Shown here: positions 34,917-63,414 of the stretch, one piece after another
Layout: each line of letters begins with the position of its first letter
Numbering within the stretch: the first letter of the stretch is position 1
Origin: Amoebidium appalachense
Taxonomy: Eukaryota; Protista; Ichthyosporea
NCBI GenBank assembly: GCA_963693365.1
Contig: CAVNZM010000017.1
Span: 310,001 to 374,000, forward strand
Reading direction: 5' to 3'
Length of the DNA: 64,000 nt
Notes under the pieces: model-generated
What the model was told of the DNA's origin: nothing
The model's database searches: none
Seen by the model: only the letters and a program-made list of their open reading frames with translations
Program-made: the position numbers and the translations under genes

Positions 34917-35828
34917 GTACACACACACACACACACACACACATTTCAGGGCCTTCGTGCTGGTGCTCTTCTTCTGCCGGATACATACTCATTGTGTATT
35001 CATTACAAGCTTAAGGTCTGCTTGGTGTTGTCCGCGGCAAATGTGTACTATATGCTCCATAACATTTTAAATTTCTAACGACCCCCTCTCCCCCTCCCCC
35101 CCCCCCCCCCTCCCATCCCCCCCCCCCGCGGTCCCTCCTGCCTCACTCACCTCCCCCCCCCCCTCTTCTCCCTCCCCCTCAGATCATTTTCTAACGACCC
35201 CTAAGTACCCCCTGCAGGTGAAAAAATGGGACTCTCTTGCACACTGAAATGCACAGGAAAGGATGCGTATAGAATGAGTCTATTATCTAACAGAGGAAGC
35301 AGTCAGTCTAGTGGTTCGAGTCCCGACCGAATACGTCCTCACAGGTCAGCAGAGCCGAGCTCCACAGTGTGTACGATTAATACTCGAGTACAAAACTTAC
35401 CACAGCCAACTGGACTATGGATCGTTTCGTGGGCCGTAATTACACAAACGACCGATCTACTCTGGAATGTCTTCTAAACCAATCACGATCAATCTACGAT
35501 TTTCTATTTGCCCCAATTGGCAAGGAATATTAGCCTATCACGTACGAGATCATTTCCTATTGGCTAAACACGCACTCTCAAATATCACGAGCTTGCTATT
35601 CATGTGATCGTGCGAGTACATGATGGCGACACAAGTAGTGTTTTGGATTGCTCATCAAACACGTGTCGGACATAGAGTTTTACACACACACACCACCCTT
35701 CTAGTAGCCAGAGTCTATTACCCCCCCAGGCCCCTCCCTCCTCCCGGGGCCGGGCCCCCCATCCCCCTGCATACTTGGCTGGACCAATTCCAGACCTGTT
35801 CTTAATGCTTTTCCACAGCATTTGGGTC

Positions 35829-35876
<48 letters not shown>

Positions 35877-35879
<3 letters not shown>

Positions 35880-35960
35880 GACAAAACCCTCATGACTCCT
35901 GGGGATCACTAAGTTAACCAAGACAAAACCCTCATGAATCCTGGGGATCACTAAGTTAAC
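35877..35960. repeat. Tandem duplication of ~42 bp
   Basis: aagacaaaaccctcatga(c/a)tcctggggatcactaagttaac occurs twice. Confidence 0.9.
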
Positions 35961-36161
35961 CTCTCAACCCTTTGCCCCTTGATCCCTCTTACTCCCCCCG
36001 GAGCTCCCCTCCCCTCCCCGCCCTCCCCCTCCCCCCCCCCCCCCCCCTCCCCCCAACCCAACCCACCCACCCACTTCCTTCCCCTCCTCCCCCGATTGAC
36101 TGCCACGGTGCTCGGATTGCGAGTGCCGAGAATGATAACAAACAACCCCCTCCCCCCCCCC

Positions 36162-36192
<31 letters not shown>

Positions 36193-36220
36193 ACACACGC
36201 ACACACACACACGCACACAG

Positions 36221-36736
36221 CAAGTCCCTGTACGCGCACACCGAGCCCCTGCCATCCGTTGGCCACGTGCACCACCACGGCCACCAGCTACAGGTGCACG
36301 TGCAGGGATGGGTACACGGGCAACGGGGTCACTGTTTACAACGGTATGGTCCCTTCTTTCCCTCAGCCTCCCCCCATAAGTTTCTCTGTGTGATGCATGC
36401 ATTTGTCCTGGTACTGTGTCGGTTCCCAATTAAGAAATGGGCATCCCATATATGGTAAGAACCAATCAGTTGGCTCCACTTTGTCGGCATTAACTAGAGC
36501 ATAGCTTGCAAAAATCATAATAAATGATAAAATAACCCGGTCTTTTGATATTCAGGTGTACAAAAGACAGCTTTGATATTCGGGGGGATGTTTTGGATAA
36601 TTTGGTGATCATTCTGGGCTTATTTTACGGAAAAAGTTTCCATTTGGTAATCAGCCTGGGGCCATACTCGCCATTTGGTTGACGTAAAGATCATGTCCAA
36701 CCTAGAATTAGAATCATCCGGCAGAGACCTTGACCC

Positions 36737-36774
<38 letters not shown>

Positions 36775-36894
36775 TGCGCGTCCCCTCTTCCTCCCTTCCC
36801 TCGCACACATACAGACACAGATATGCAGGGTTCCCGGCACAACGGGACACCCTCTCTTATCCTCACTGAAAACACCCACCAAGCCTAAGAAACA

Positions 36895-36985
<91 letters not shown>

Positions 36986-37229
36986 ACAAGCCCCAATACA
37001 CAGAAACACATACACTGAATACACGCACATGCTCAAACACACACACACATACACGACACGCAGTTGTTTTCATTAACTGCCTACTCAAATTGCTAACCCG
37101 CAGACATTGATGAGTGTGCAAGTGGTGCACATACATGCAGCCACACGTGCACAAACACACCAGGCAGCTACACCTGTGGGTGCACCCGCAATTCAGGCTT
37201 CACCTTTGTGCCCCTCTCTTCCTGCATCG
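36221..37229 (+). pseudogene. Two EGF-domain exons of a probably decayed extracellular protein gene
   Basis: Exon 36221-36343 encodes [40 protein letters not shown] (last Cys lost). Exon 37104-37229 encodes [42 protein letters not shown]. Both are phase-1 GT-AG exons. Upstream coding-like sequence (~34950-35800) is broken by stops, and a LINE fragment follows immediately. Confidence 0.7.
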
Positions 37230-37251
37230 GTATGCTAATAATAGAGACAGA

Positions 37252-37776
37252 TTACCCCCCTGATCCAAGCGGCGATAAGGGGTAAACCATATTCACATGC
37301 CGGAAGACAAAAGTGCGAATAAATGTAAGTCTAATAGAAGGATGGAGGGGTGTGTCTTTAAAAATTTTAGCCGAGAAGAAAGCTAACCGCTTACGAGCCA
37401 ACTCTACCCTCTTTTCGACCATATGGGAAAACATAACACCAACAGAGTTAACCGGAACACCAAGATAATTGTATTCTGGAACTATAGGTACAGGTTTAGA
37501 TGATAATGTAAATGTGTGTAAATTGTTAGCTATATCAGGTACAAGAACACCACATTTGTCTATGTTAAGGATCATAAGGTTTGCCTTGCACCACTCTGAC
37601 ACTACATCGAACAATCTTTGCAGGCGTCTAGGGGTACGGGCAAGGAGGGACAGATCATCAGCATAGAGAAGTGCAGGCGGAAAGTTATTAATAGGGTCAT
37701 CATTTTCGGCATAAATCTTGAAAGCCAAATATATATACCAGTGCACATGCTTTTTGGGGGCCTTATAGGTCGCCAA
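37252..37776 (-). mobile_element. Non-LTR retrotransposon (LINE) reverse transcriptase fragment
   Basis: ORF contains LLYADDLSLLA...LQRLFDVVSEWCKANLMILNIDKC...EYNYLGV, the YADD catalytic motif and downstream RT/thumb motifs of LINE ORF2. It is truncated at both ends. Confidence 0.9.
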
Positions 37777-38623
37777 CTAGTCAACCAGACGATGTGTGTG
37801 TACATATACCCTTAACTTTGACACTATATCCCTGCACATGTTTAATTCCCCCCTCCCCCCCCCCCTCAAAACCCCCGGCCATGTACATGTGTACATGACT
37901 CCCACCTTATCTAATAATTATCAACATGGCCATGGCCAAATCAACGATCCCCCCCCCAAAAAACACACACCCACACGCACACGCACACGCACACACGCAC
38001 ATGCACACACACACACACCCACACCCACACACCCACACAAAGTTTGTGTAACCGTGCCCCATTCCTTGGCTGAATGCTGGACCAGGTGTGTGGGCCTGGA
38101 AAAGTGATTTCTTGGCATATTCTCACAGCTACAAACCTCTAGTTTGCGTGGTATAACAGAGAGCCAGTCTCTGCCAGACATTTCACGATGTTTTTATTTC
38201 TTTCTGTGGATGTTCTTTGATATGTGGGCCCAACCTATGTATGTATGCCTGCTTATATCCTGGCCCAACATGTGTGCGAGAGAGCAGCATGTGCGCACGT
38301 GCATCGTCTTTTTGCACGCGAAAGATGCAAGGGTGTGTGTGTGTGTGCACGTGCACGTCTAGCAACAGCACGTATCACACTCACACAAACGCACGTGTCC
38401 GTCCCCCCTCCCCCCTGGGGCAGGCGAGAAATCAAAAAATATAAACTGAAAATAGAATAGGTATAAAATGACATAATGAAACCGAATAAAACCTGATTAT
38501 GATTGCCGGGGGACCCCCCCCCCCCCCCCCCCCCCCAAAATAAATAATAATAAAAATAAAATAAAATAAAAATAAAAAACCCACTGCACAATGTTTCATT
38601 CTTCATTACACCAGCCAATCAAA

Positions 38624-38825
38624 TCACGCCTCTTGCTGCTCCTGAGCCCTTGTCTTGGCCAAGTCTTGCATAAGCACACGCACGTTGTTATTGGTCCGTT
38701 TGCTGAGCCACTCTGGTTTCTTCTTTGCTGTTCTCTGGTCTTCTAATTGGGTGGCGTCGACCAATCGTTGGAGGATCCCTTCGACGTCACGGCCCTCTGA
38801 AGGGAGTGAAAGGTTGCGCCCATCC

Positions 38826-38896
<71 letters not shown>

Positions 38897-38953
38897 GCGC
38901 GCGTAAGCGAGCGAACGAGCACGAGTGAGTGAATGTGTCTGTGAGTATGTGTG

Positions 38954-38998
<45 letters not shown>

Positions 38999-40500
38999 AT
39001 GTGCACGTGTGTTCCAACGTAGGCACCGGCAAACAGAAGGCACGAATATGCGTTGGTTAGCCTCAGCGGTGCCGGTATTGTTACACGATATGTATCGTGT
39101 GCACACTATTGCGTTTGAATGCACTTCCTCTCCTACGTTTTTCCTCCCCCGTCTCTTCCAAATACACCAGACATTAAGCCGTGGGAAGCAGATGTAGAGA
39201 GGAAATGAGAGGAAGGAAGCAGATGTAGAGAGGAAGCAGATGTAGAGGGGAAGCAGATGTAGAGAGGACTGACCGAGCAGGAAAACACCAGGGGTGACCA
39301 GAACATTCCATGCAACCATCGAAAGAATGCATCAGTGGGTTTCGCTTGGACTATTCCTTTCTTCAACTCCTTCTATTTGGACCGTTCAATAGTACGCCCG
39401 ATTCTTATTATCGGTCTGTTGTTTCTATTTTCTTTTTTACGTTTAATCTACCTTTTCAGCTTTTGTCGACGGGGGAGGGAGGGAGTGGGGTAGGTTCTGT
39501 ATGTAATTGCGTGCGCTCACATTCACTTATGCATAGGCAATGTGCGTGCACATTTGAGTTCAAGTGAAACGTGCCCACGCTGTGTGTGTGCCTGTATGTG
39601 CCTGTATGAATTGTGCGCACATGTGTATATAGCACGTGCACATCCACCATATAACTTCAGCCCTAACCACACTTTAACCCCAAGTTTAACCCCAACCGCG
39701 TGAACGTACCAAAGGTGACCTCCAGGCCGGGCACAACCGCCGCATCCTTCCTTTTTTGGTAGTCAAAAATCACGTGGGGGTTGTGGTACTGCAGGGGGGG
39801 GCACCATCTCATAGAGAAACCGCCTATGTGCACGTGTTAGGGCACGTGCAGCCATGATCAGAACACAACACACACACACACACGTACACCGGAGAAGCGT
39901 GGGGATGCGGAGAGAGGGAGAGAGAGGGAGAGGGGGGGGTTGGCGGGGCAACATAGAGAGGCGAGGGGGACGGAGGAGCGGTGGCGGGGAGGGGGAGGGA
40001 GGAGGGAGGGAGGGGGGGGGGAGGGGGTGATGTATGCGGTAGAGGGTTGGAAATATGGAAGAGACAGGGAGGGGGGGGGGGGGGGAGGATGGAGACAGAG
40101 AGGTGGTGGTGGTGGTGGTGGGGGGGGGGGGGGGGGGGGGGGGGCGCTGAGAAGGAGAGAAGGGGGAAAAAGAGAGGGAAAAAGAGAGAGGGGGGGGAGG
40201 GCTGAAGGCTGGAGGGAGATGGGGGGAAATAGAGAGAGAAAGAGAGAGAGGGAGAGGGAGAGAAAGGGGGAGGGAAAAGCGAGAAACACAGGCAATGAGA
40301 GACATGGGGGAAAGAGGCAGGGAGGGAGAGAGACAGAGAGAAAGAGAGAGAGGGAGGGGGAGGGAGGGGGGGGGGGGGGGGAAGAGGGGGGAAGAGGGAG
40401 AGAAGAGAGAGAGAGAGAGAGAGAAAGAGAGACAGAGAGAGGAGAGAGAGAGGAAGGAGAGAGAGCGAGAGAAGGAGAAGAGAAAGAGAGAGAGCGAGAG

Positions 40501-40577
<77 letters not shown>

Positions 40578-41062
40578 AGGGGGGGGGAGAGAGAGAGAGC
40601 GAGTAGGGGAGAGAGAGAGAGAGAGAGAGAGAGAGCTAGTGCGTGCTTGCACAAGAAGCAGCCCGTCAGAGCATACCAACAACACACACGTACACACAAC
40701 AACACAAACTGCACGAACAGAAGCATACACCCACAAGGACTCACACATGTACACGAATGCACACATGTGTGCAACCAATAATTGCACACGTACATCCGGC
40801 TCAACCCGAACATAATGTCCACGTGCACACAGGAGATACCAGGTCCACCCTTGCCAGATTAGCAGGTAGAAGAACATTGGGACAGACGAGCAAGCACACA
40901 CGCACTGCAACACCCAACCAGGTAGCACACACAGGCAGGCAAACCCACAAAAGCACGTGCCATACTAACACAATTTCGTTTGCAAACCAAACCTTGGAAT
41001 CTTCCGTGTACCCCCCCCCCCTCCCCCCCTCCCCCCCTCTTTCTTTCAACTACCCTGTCAAA

Positions 41063-41109
<47 letters not shown>

Positions 41110-41246
41110 AGAGAGATAGAGAGAGATAGAGAAAGAGAGAGACGCACCCATGCACGCACAAACAAAACGTGCGCATGCACAACACACGCACACGCACGCA
41201 CACACACACACACCCACACCCACACCCACACCCACCCACCCACCCA

Positions 41247-41290
<44 letters not shown>

Positions 41291-41434
41291 CGCACCTTGT
41301 GGACCCCTGGCCCTCCTTCGCCTCTGTGCTCACAACCACCGCCACACGCTGCACCTTCCCCCCCCCAACACAACTTTGTTCTGTGTGAGTGCCGCCAGCC
41401 CTCGGCTCACCCCACGCGCACGTCCAGCAACCAT
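38624..41434 (-). CDS. Mitochondrial ribosomal protein, L51/S25/CI-B8 domain (mS25/mL61-like)
   Basis: Exons 41434-41296, 39823-39710 and 38826-38624 give MVAGRARGVSRGLAALTQNKVVLGG(G)KVQRVAVVVSTEAKEGQGSTRRFLYEMVPPLQYHNPHVIFDYQKRKDAAVVPGLEVTFVDGRNLSLPSEGRDVEGILQRLVDA... The G..RxF....P.LQYHNP.V motif is characteristic. The model needs 1-nt corrections in homopolymers at 41358-41366 and 39794-39801. Confidence 0.78.
39185..39266. repeat. 17 bp repeat gaagcagatgtagagag, four copies, intronic
   Basis: Direct inspection. Confidence 0.85.
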
Positions 41435-42231
41435 TTTCTCTGTGTGCGTGTGGACGTGCGTGCTTGCTGTGTGTCCTTGAACTAGCCCGCCTGTGTGCGT
41501 CTTTGCTACGCACATGAAATGTCTCTAAAGTGGGAAGGGCAATATGCACCACTAGAGCTGCAACAGAGCTCGAGATGCTCGCTCCTGTATACGTACGACG
41601 GTGTGAGCTGCAAGCATGCACCAACCCTAGTCTAAAATTGCAGACACCAAGTAAAGAATGTACGTCATTCGACTTGTTAGAATGCATGTGGGTGACGTCA
41701 TTAAAACAAACTTGGACTATGTGTTGGGCTCGAAACGCCACGTACGTACCAGGGTTAGGCTATCTTTGAGGTTCATAATAATCAACGTATGCAATGTTGC
41801 ATATGCGATATTCCTATTTTTTTCATTGCTTGTTGCAAGGTTCGAGAAAGAGTAAGGGTTACATGTATCATACGGTTTAGTTATTATATGTTTATGCTCT
41901 CTCCTATACATATAGGGCTCGAAGCATAAACATACGCAGGGCCCTGTATTTGTGTGTTGTGTGTCTGTGTGTGTGCGTGCGACTGTGTGTGTGTATGTGT
42001 GTGGGGAGGGGGAGGGGAGGGATTGACACAGGCAGGCTTCACAGCATAATCTTTTTAATTTTTATTTTTGATTAATTTCACATGTAGCTTCTAGATTGTA
42101 CTAAAAACCAGCCAATAGTATTAAATTTAAATTCACGTGATCTGCACATCCTTGAAAGCTTATGAACACAAAACGCAGACAGTAGAGACGTTGGCAAAAG
42201 CAACCCACTCACTATATTGTTTTTGTTTTGC

Positions 42232-42267
<36 letters not shown>

Positions 42268-42476
42268 TTCCCCCTTCCCCCTTCCTCCCATTCGCTCCCA
42301 CCCACCCACTCAAAAAAAAAAAAAAAAAAAAAAAAAAAGGCCTCGAGTTACCTGGGACCTAGTAAACTACCATAAAAAAACCCTCTGCCAAAGACTCTTC
42401 ATCCACTACTCAATCCTTCCATTTTAACTGCACACCACCGCTGTCAACATGGCAAAAAAAACAAACACTACCCATT

Positions 42477-42518
<42 letters not shown>

Positions 42519-42593
42519 AAAAAAAAAAAAAAAGGAAAAGAAAAAAAGAAAACCCACACCTACACACGTTTCTTCCCTCAACCAATCCTACTT

Positions 42594-50035
<7,442 letters not shown>

Positions 50036-50601
50036 TCTCTCCTCTTCACAGATTCAGCGTTTACCAGTCCTGGGTGTGTGCACTGGCTTAACTTATAAGT
50101 TGCCAACCCAGCGCGTGTTATGACCAAGCGTTTGCTAAAGAAGACACAAAAGCAGTTGTAATGTGGCTGATTATGGCTCACAAGATTGACGAATGAAAAT
50201 CATTATCAAGTATCTAAATATGGTTAAAATGCACATTTTGATCCATATATGGTGCAATGGCTCATGTCATGCTCAGGCAATGCCTTTAACAGAAAAACAG
50301 AGGCTGGCTTTACGCGTAGTGTGCGACCATGCACCTGGAAAACTTTCGAAGTGCTAGTGAGTTTCTACACGTGAAGCATTTCGGGCTACATTTGCAATTG
50401 CAGAGAAGCCGGTGGATAGAAGATGTAGAACAAATACTTTGCTTATATCTGTTGGTACGCATCGTACGCATCCATGACCTTTGTCCCGTTTCTTGAAGCG
50501 GGAATGTGTGAATAACATTGCAGCCTCATCAAGCTCTGAACACCTAGATAGTTTCACCCATATCCACCACCCAAACGTCAAGGGCATGTTTTGTAACAAC
50601 C

Positions 50602-51126
50602 ATGATGATAACGCACGGTGTGGTTGTGCACGTGCAAACTGACACGCACACAGACACAGATAGTGAGGGGGAAGTGGACGTGAGGTGCATGGTCCAACGT
50701 CTGCACTCATTGAGTGTCACCTATGAGAGCGAGGATGATCTCACCACCATGACCATGGACACAGTCACACGCACGTGCACGTGCACGTGTGCAAGCGTCG
50801 CCCCCACAGACACGCACGAGTCCAACCCGTGCGCATGCACGACGTCAACAGACATGCACACAGACGTTGATGAGGAGGATGTGGTGGGGGGGTCTCTGGA
50901 AAGTAGCGTCAAGGCGGCACGCAGGCACCAGCGGGGGGAATTGAAGCAGGCGGTAATAGCGGAGGAGAGGGCACGCAGAGAGGAGGAAAGGATGAGAAAG
51001 AGGGCCCTCAAGGCGGAGAGGAAGTATGTGCGGCGCTGTGCTGACAAGGGGTACACGTGGGCCGTGCTGATAGACACAGATGTCGAGCTGAGGGGGTATG
51101 ACGAGACAAGGAGAGGGAGAAGGTAG
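50602..51126 (+). CDS. Hypothetical 174 aa single-exon protein, acidic N-terminal half and basic coiled-coil C-terminal half
   Basis: Non-repetitive ATG-initiated ORF with natural-looking composition (ELKQAVIAEERARREEERMRKRALKAERKYVRR), lying head-to-head with TrxR. No family recognised. Confidence 0.5.
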   Translation: MMITHGVVVHVQTDTHTDTDSEGEVDVRCMVQRLHSLSVTYESEDDLTTMTMDTVTRTCTCTCASVAPTDTHESNPCACTTSTDMHTDVDEEDVVGGSLESSVKAARRHQRGELKQAVIAEERARREEERMRKRALKAERKYVRRCADKGYTWAVLIDTDVELRGYDETRRGRR

Positions 51127-52070
51127 GGGGGGTGTTGTCTGCATATGTGTGTGTGTGTGGGGGGGGGGGGGGGGGGGGGGGGGAGAGGGGGGGGGGGGGG
51201 GGGGGGGGAGGGGGGAAGAAGGAAGGGGAGGGGCGAAGGGGAGAAGGGGGGGGGGGGGGGGAGGGAGGGAGGGGGGGGGGGGGGGGGGGATTAGTAGTAT
51301 GTAGGTAGTTCTGTTTCGGAGAGGCAGGGTTGCACGTTGGAGCGCGCGGTGCTTGTCATGGAAGGAGCTCTGGAAAGCCAACTGTACAAGTATGCGTTTT
51401 GGTATAGGTGCGGGCAGATCATACTCTTGCTTGCAAAGCTCGTCACGTGCTTGGGGTGAAGTGTTAGCTAGAAGATTGTTCCCCGGAGAAAGGGGAGGAG
51501 GGGAATGCAAGGGGGCACACGGCTGCAACGATTATCAGCTGTGTTTTTTGCTATGTTCTAATAACTACCTCGAATAACAGTGTGTATGGACACATGTGAT
51601 GTCCTTTGTGAACATGCATGTACCGATCCCAACTTTGCCATTATACATGATCTCGCACATCGAAAATGCTAGATCTCCCGATTGCCCAAAAACTCTTGTC
51701 GTTACCGAAAGACATACGCACACATGGGACGTATGTGTTTTCAATGGGGCTAGTGCATGGCAGGTCACAGTTTTCTTTGGCAGGGCCTGTGTGGCGTATA
51801 TGCACATACATAGTATCACGCACTCAGCAAGGCACGGTAAGAACGGCGGGGGAGGGTAAATACTATATCATAGGCTATACAATTACTGTCGATTATCCAA
51901 CAGGCACCAACTTGAAGTCGGCCGGAACCTGTTAGGTTTGGATGATAGATAGGAGTTGCATGGGTGAAATAGAGGAACGCCTGCTGCAGTTGGTTGTGGA
52001 TAATAGCTTACTGATCATTGGCTAACTTTTCTGTCCAATCAAACATTGCGGTGGCTCACAGCTCTAGATC

Positions 52071-53066
<996 letters not shown>

Positions 53067-53392
53067 ATATAGACAAGGCCCATAAGTGGCATCATTCATT
53101 TTCGCAGCGAAGCAGCACTTCGAAGGTTAACACACCTCGCCATTTCATCTCTTTTGATGCCTTATTACACTCTCATATACGTTTTGGTTGACTATCACAA
53201 TTAGAAGAATATACCATCTAACAAAATCAATAAAAGTATACATATATATTGCCAGCATCTGACGCCTAAGTAGTATCTGGCCGCTCAGACTTGCATATAC
53301 CCAGTTGAACCCACACCGTGAAAGCGGTCATAAACACGTCATAAAAAAAGCTTTACCATTCACTTTCTTTTTTGCCTCTGGCACCACATACC

Positions 53393-59716
<6,324 letters not shown>

Positions 59717-59903
59717 GTGTTGTGCACTGTATGCATTTTCGTTTTTTTGGTTTATATAGAGTAGGTTGGTGGTGCTGTCAAGCCTTGGGGGTTTATTGAA
59801 ATTTCCATGTATGAAATGAGTTTGTGTCAATATTCAGCCGACAAAATGTTTGTAGGGCTTTGTTGTTCCCTTGCATCATGATATGGAAAAGCGAGGGGGC
59901 GAG

Positions 59904-59945
<42 letters not shown>

Positions 59946-59983
59946 GTGGTGGTGGTGGTGGTGGTGGTGGTGGTGGTGGTGGT

Positions 59984-60041
<58 letters not shown>

Positions 60042-61242
60042 CTCTTACCGTTTTACGGAAGCTGGGGGGGGGGAACCGAGGGATGCATGTATAGGGAACG
60101 GTTTCTCTGAAGTTTCGTGTTGCCTTCTTCAAACTATCTGTCAGCCTTTCACTTTCTTTCTTTTTGGTCATCCATTTTCCCATTTTCCCCTTACTTTTTT
60201 GCGTGCCTCAGGAAAGAGACTGGGTCGTAGTTATATGCGTGAATGTTTTCATGAAGTTCGTGCCAGAATACACACACACTCTCTTTTGAATTAGATGGCA
60301 CGGCTGGGCCGTCAACCCACGTCACATTACATCCTTAAATGTTTTGGGGTGTTTTTGTTAAAAGTCTGTAGCGGTCTGGGTTTTGATGTTTGCAAATGGG
60401 CGTACGTACCCACGGGGTGGCACTGCTCGTTTTTGTATCTGCAGTACTAGTCATGTATAGTCATGTATAGTTATAATTGATTCCCTGTTGATGCATGATA
60501 ATCATGCTGATTTGTATTTTCTATTTTCCATTGCTGTGACACTATAATTTAGTGGAACTTCGATGTTGTGCTTATTTTTTCGGAAAGTGGCAAATACTGT
60601 AAGTGAAAATATTTATAGCACTGACTCAATGTACTATATGTGGAGTAAAACGATATAACAACACACTCAAATGATGGACAGAGTGACTCATTTTAGTAGC
60701 CAGGGTACAAGTTCTTTTGCCAAAGAAGCATGAATTTGAATTTCGAGTTCTGAGACCCAAGGGCTGCGCCTGCAACCCAGAGTGTTTACCCTGCAGCCAA
60801 TAACAAGCAGGTCACTGCCAAAAACGGCATCATCATATGTACCCTTTTGGGAAACTTTCAAATAATTATTGTAGAACCCTTTACTAAAAGGCCAAATCAT
60901 GCACTGTAGGTGCACAGTTGTGACAACACCTCAAGTCAAGACCTGGATAATTCCCGGGCCATTGAACAAAAATATACATATTGAACTACACACATGATGC
61001 TGTGCCTATTTCACATTACCATATTGGTGGCTCTACTTACATCCGAGATATTCCTACAAAATTCCTACTATCATACACATATCACACAACCTATTACTGC
61101 CGTGGTTATTTGTTCTGAAAATTCGTCTATCTAAAACCATATGAACATGCGGTCCAGCCGCCTACATACACCCTCAGAAGTTTCAGCACTGACACGAAAA
61201 AAAATTCCACTATAGAACCCCGCCTGAATCCCCACTAGTCAA

Positions 61243-61838
61243 TTAGTCAGACGTCAGAGACATTGCCATATTTGGTATCATCTCACCCTCATTCTGCCAG
61301 ACAACCCCCATCTCCGTCTCCAGCCCCCATGCCTGCATCTCCTCCAAGTCATCCGTGTCGACATCTCTCATAGACCCCAACTCCTCCCTACTCCTGTCTA
61401 TCTCCTTAACAGTGATCTGCCTCTCCATCTCCCTCACCGCCTTCGCCTCATCCATCCTCACATCCCCTCATCCTCATGTTGTTGCCATCTATCCGGGTTG
61501 GCCTCAATCTCCATCACCAATATCTCCATCTCCATCGCTGCTAGCGCCGCCTCCTCTACATCTCTCTGCGTGCGCTCAGACAACCACGTAGGCCCCAGTT
61601 TCTGTTTTCCCTGCGCCATAATTTGCCTTAAACCTGACTTCACCGGAAGTGCAAGTTTTTTCTTTCTTGATTCGTCAGAGGATGTGCGTGATTCATCGCT
61701 TACTAGCGAGGTGATGCTTTGACTATGACGTAGGGCTGGGCGTGAGACCGGGGGGGTGTCAGGGTCTGTGTCTGTGGTGGGAGGGGTGGGGCACTCGCTG
61801 AAGGTTATGTCCCAGTGGGTGTCTGTGTTCTCGTCCAT
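61243..61838 (-). CDS. Hypothetical ~198 aa acidic protein, formed from two ORFs joined by a 1-nt shift
   Basis: ORFs 61838-61458 and 61461-61243 abut and share an E/M/D-rich composition. One extra base in the run at 61464-61467 fuses them. Confidence 0.45.
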
Positions 61839-62993
61839 TGCAACGATGTTTGCTCAAAAACACTATGAAAATGTGTTAATGTTATGTGGGCCTGCCCAAA
61901 TGCAAGAACCGGTAACCACAAGGGCCCGGGCCCGCTCGCAAACCTTTCTCGTAGACGGAGGCTCCCCCAAAGCCGACCTTAGCCGTATTCCCTGTAATTT
62001 CAAATATAACGAGTCTCCAAAAGGGACTTGATAATCTGTACTAATGCAAACGGCATGACTCTGCAATTGACCGGAGAAGTTCTGCCAGCGATCTCTGTTT
62101 TTCGGTGGGTTGAAAGACGGCTAGAACTTGATGGTAGCTCTTCAAAGTGTATGTGTTTGTTTGCTCGCGCGAGCTTCACTGGCTATTGACAAAACAAAAA
62201 CAAGCTAGTGTGTGATGGGCCATGAGCCGCATAAAGTTTCACCACTGACAACATCAGTCAGAAGACAAATTGTCGACATTACATTGAAACGGTGTAATGG
62301 CTGCGTAAAATTTCAACATCAAACGTTAGGGTTTACTTAGAAGCTCCGACTAACAACATGGAAACGTACACAGACAGCAACTTTAGTTTTGACTACTCAA
62401 AAAAGTACACCAAGCCAAGGAGTAAAGTGGCACACCTTGTGACCGTCATCATCATGAAAAGTCAAAAGCTGGGAGACAACGAATCAGCTGCAGGCACGCT
62501 GTTCTTTATTTTTATGGTTCATCTATATGTGTTTTGATTGGTAGACAATCATCTGAAATTCCATTGGCTCTAAGTTAGCGAATCAGAACGGGCTTTTCCT
62601 TAACAAATATTTGATGTTCTCCGGGCCAGTGGGCAACGGCTCAACATCAAATGTTAACACACAACTAGCACGCAACAGAACATATTTTAAACCCCAAAAT
62701 TTTACATAGGCACGCTTTGTTTCTTATATTACCAGTGATTTTATTTTCTCTCTTCACATATTTTTTTAACATGCACGGAAGCAGTGATCATATGATGATC
62801 AAAGAGCAGCGGATGTGATGCGATCTGGGCATTTTTTTATTGTTTGCTAACGATGCGACACTGTGAAATGAATCTTACGACTGTCTATCTCAGACGGTCC
62901 CTATCTCGGACTGACCGACACGGCTCCTTTATTAATCGGGATAATCAAGAGTGTCAGGATAACCGCCAATCCGGATATTCGCTCATGGATAGT

Positions 62994-63049
<56 letters not shown>

Positions 63050-63414
63050 AGAAAAATTCGTCCCTGAAGCTTACTCGAGAGATGATGTCGTGTTGCCATT
63101 TTTGGCTCGTGTGCTTTTGTGCACTTAGTATTCTTCCTGCTTGCAACTAAACTGTTCAATGCAATAAGAGGGGCGAGTGCGGTTTTTGTACAGGGAGTCG
63201 CACTATTCCCTGGGTTTCGAGGTTAGAAAACTCCTCAGGACCTTTGTTGTGTTACCTTGGCCCCATGTGTGCTATGTTAAGCACGAGACAGCCGTGTGGT
63301 ACTTATGTACCAAAGGGCGAGTGTACGTTTTCACGTCGGTCTCAGTGTGCTAATAATAGTGGTTGTTGCTAAAATCAGCACTGTACATGTGCTCTGTTTG
63401 AGCATGGTCACGTG

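Noticed and set aside
35300-35330. tRNA or tRNA-derived SINE (gtctagtggttcgagtccc resembles D-arm and T-arm motifs)
   Set aside because: No anticodon arm or acceptor stem can be folded, and the match is too short to support.
39661-39697. Telomere-like ccctaa/ttaacccc repeats
   Set aside because: Only three degenerate units inside an intron.
51300-51935. Coding-like minus-strand sequence between the hypothetical ORF and the LINE fragment
   Set aside because: Fragmented by stops, with no recognisable family or consistent exon chain.
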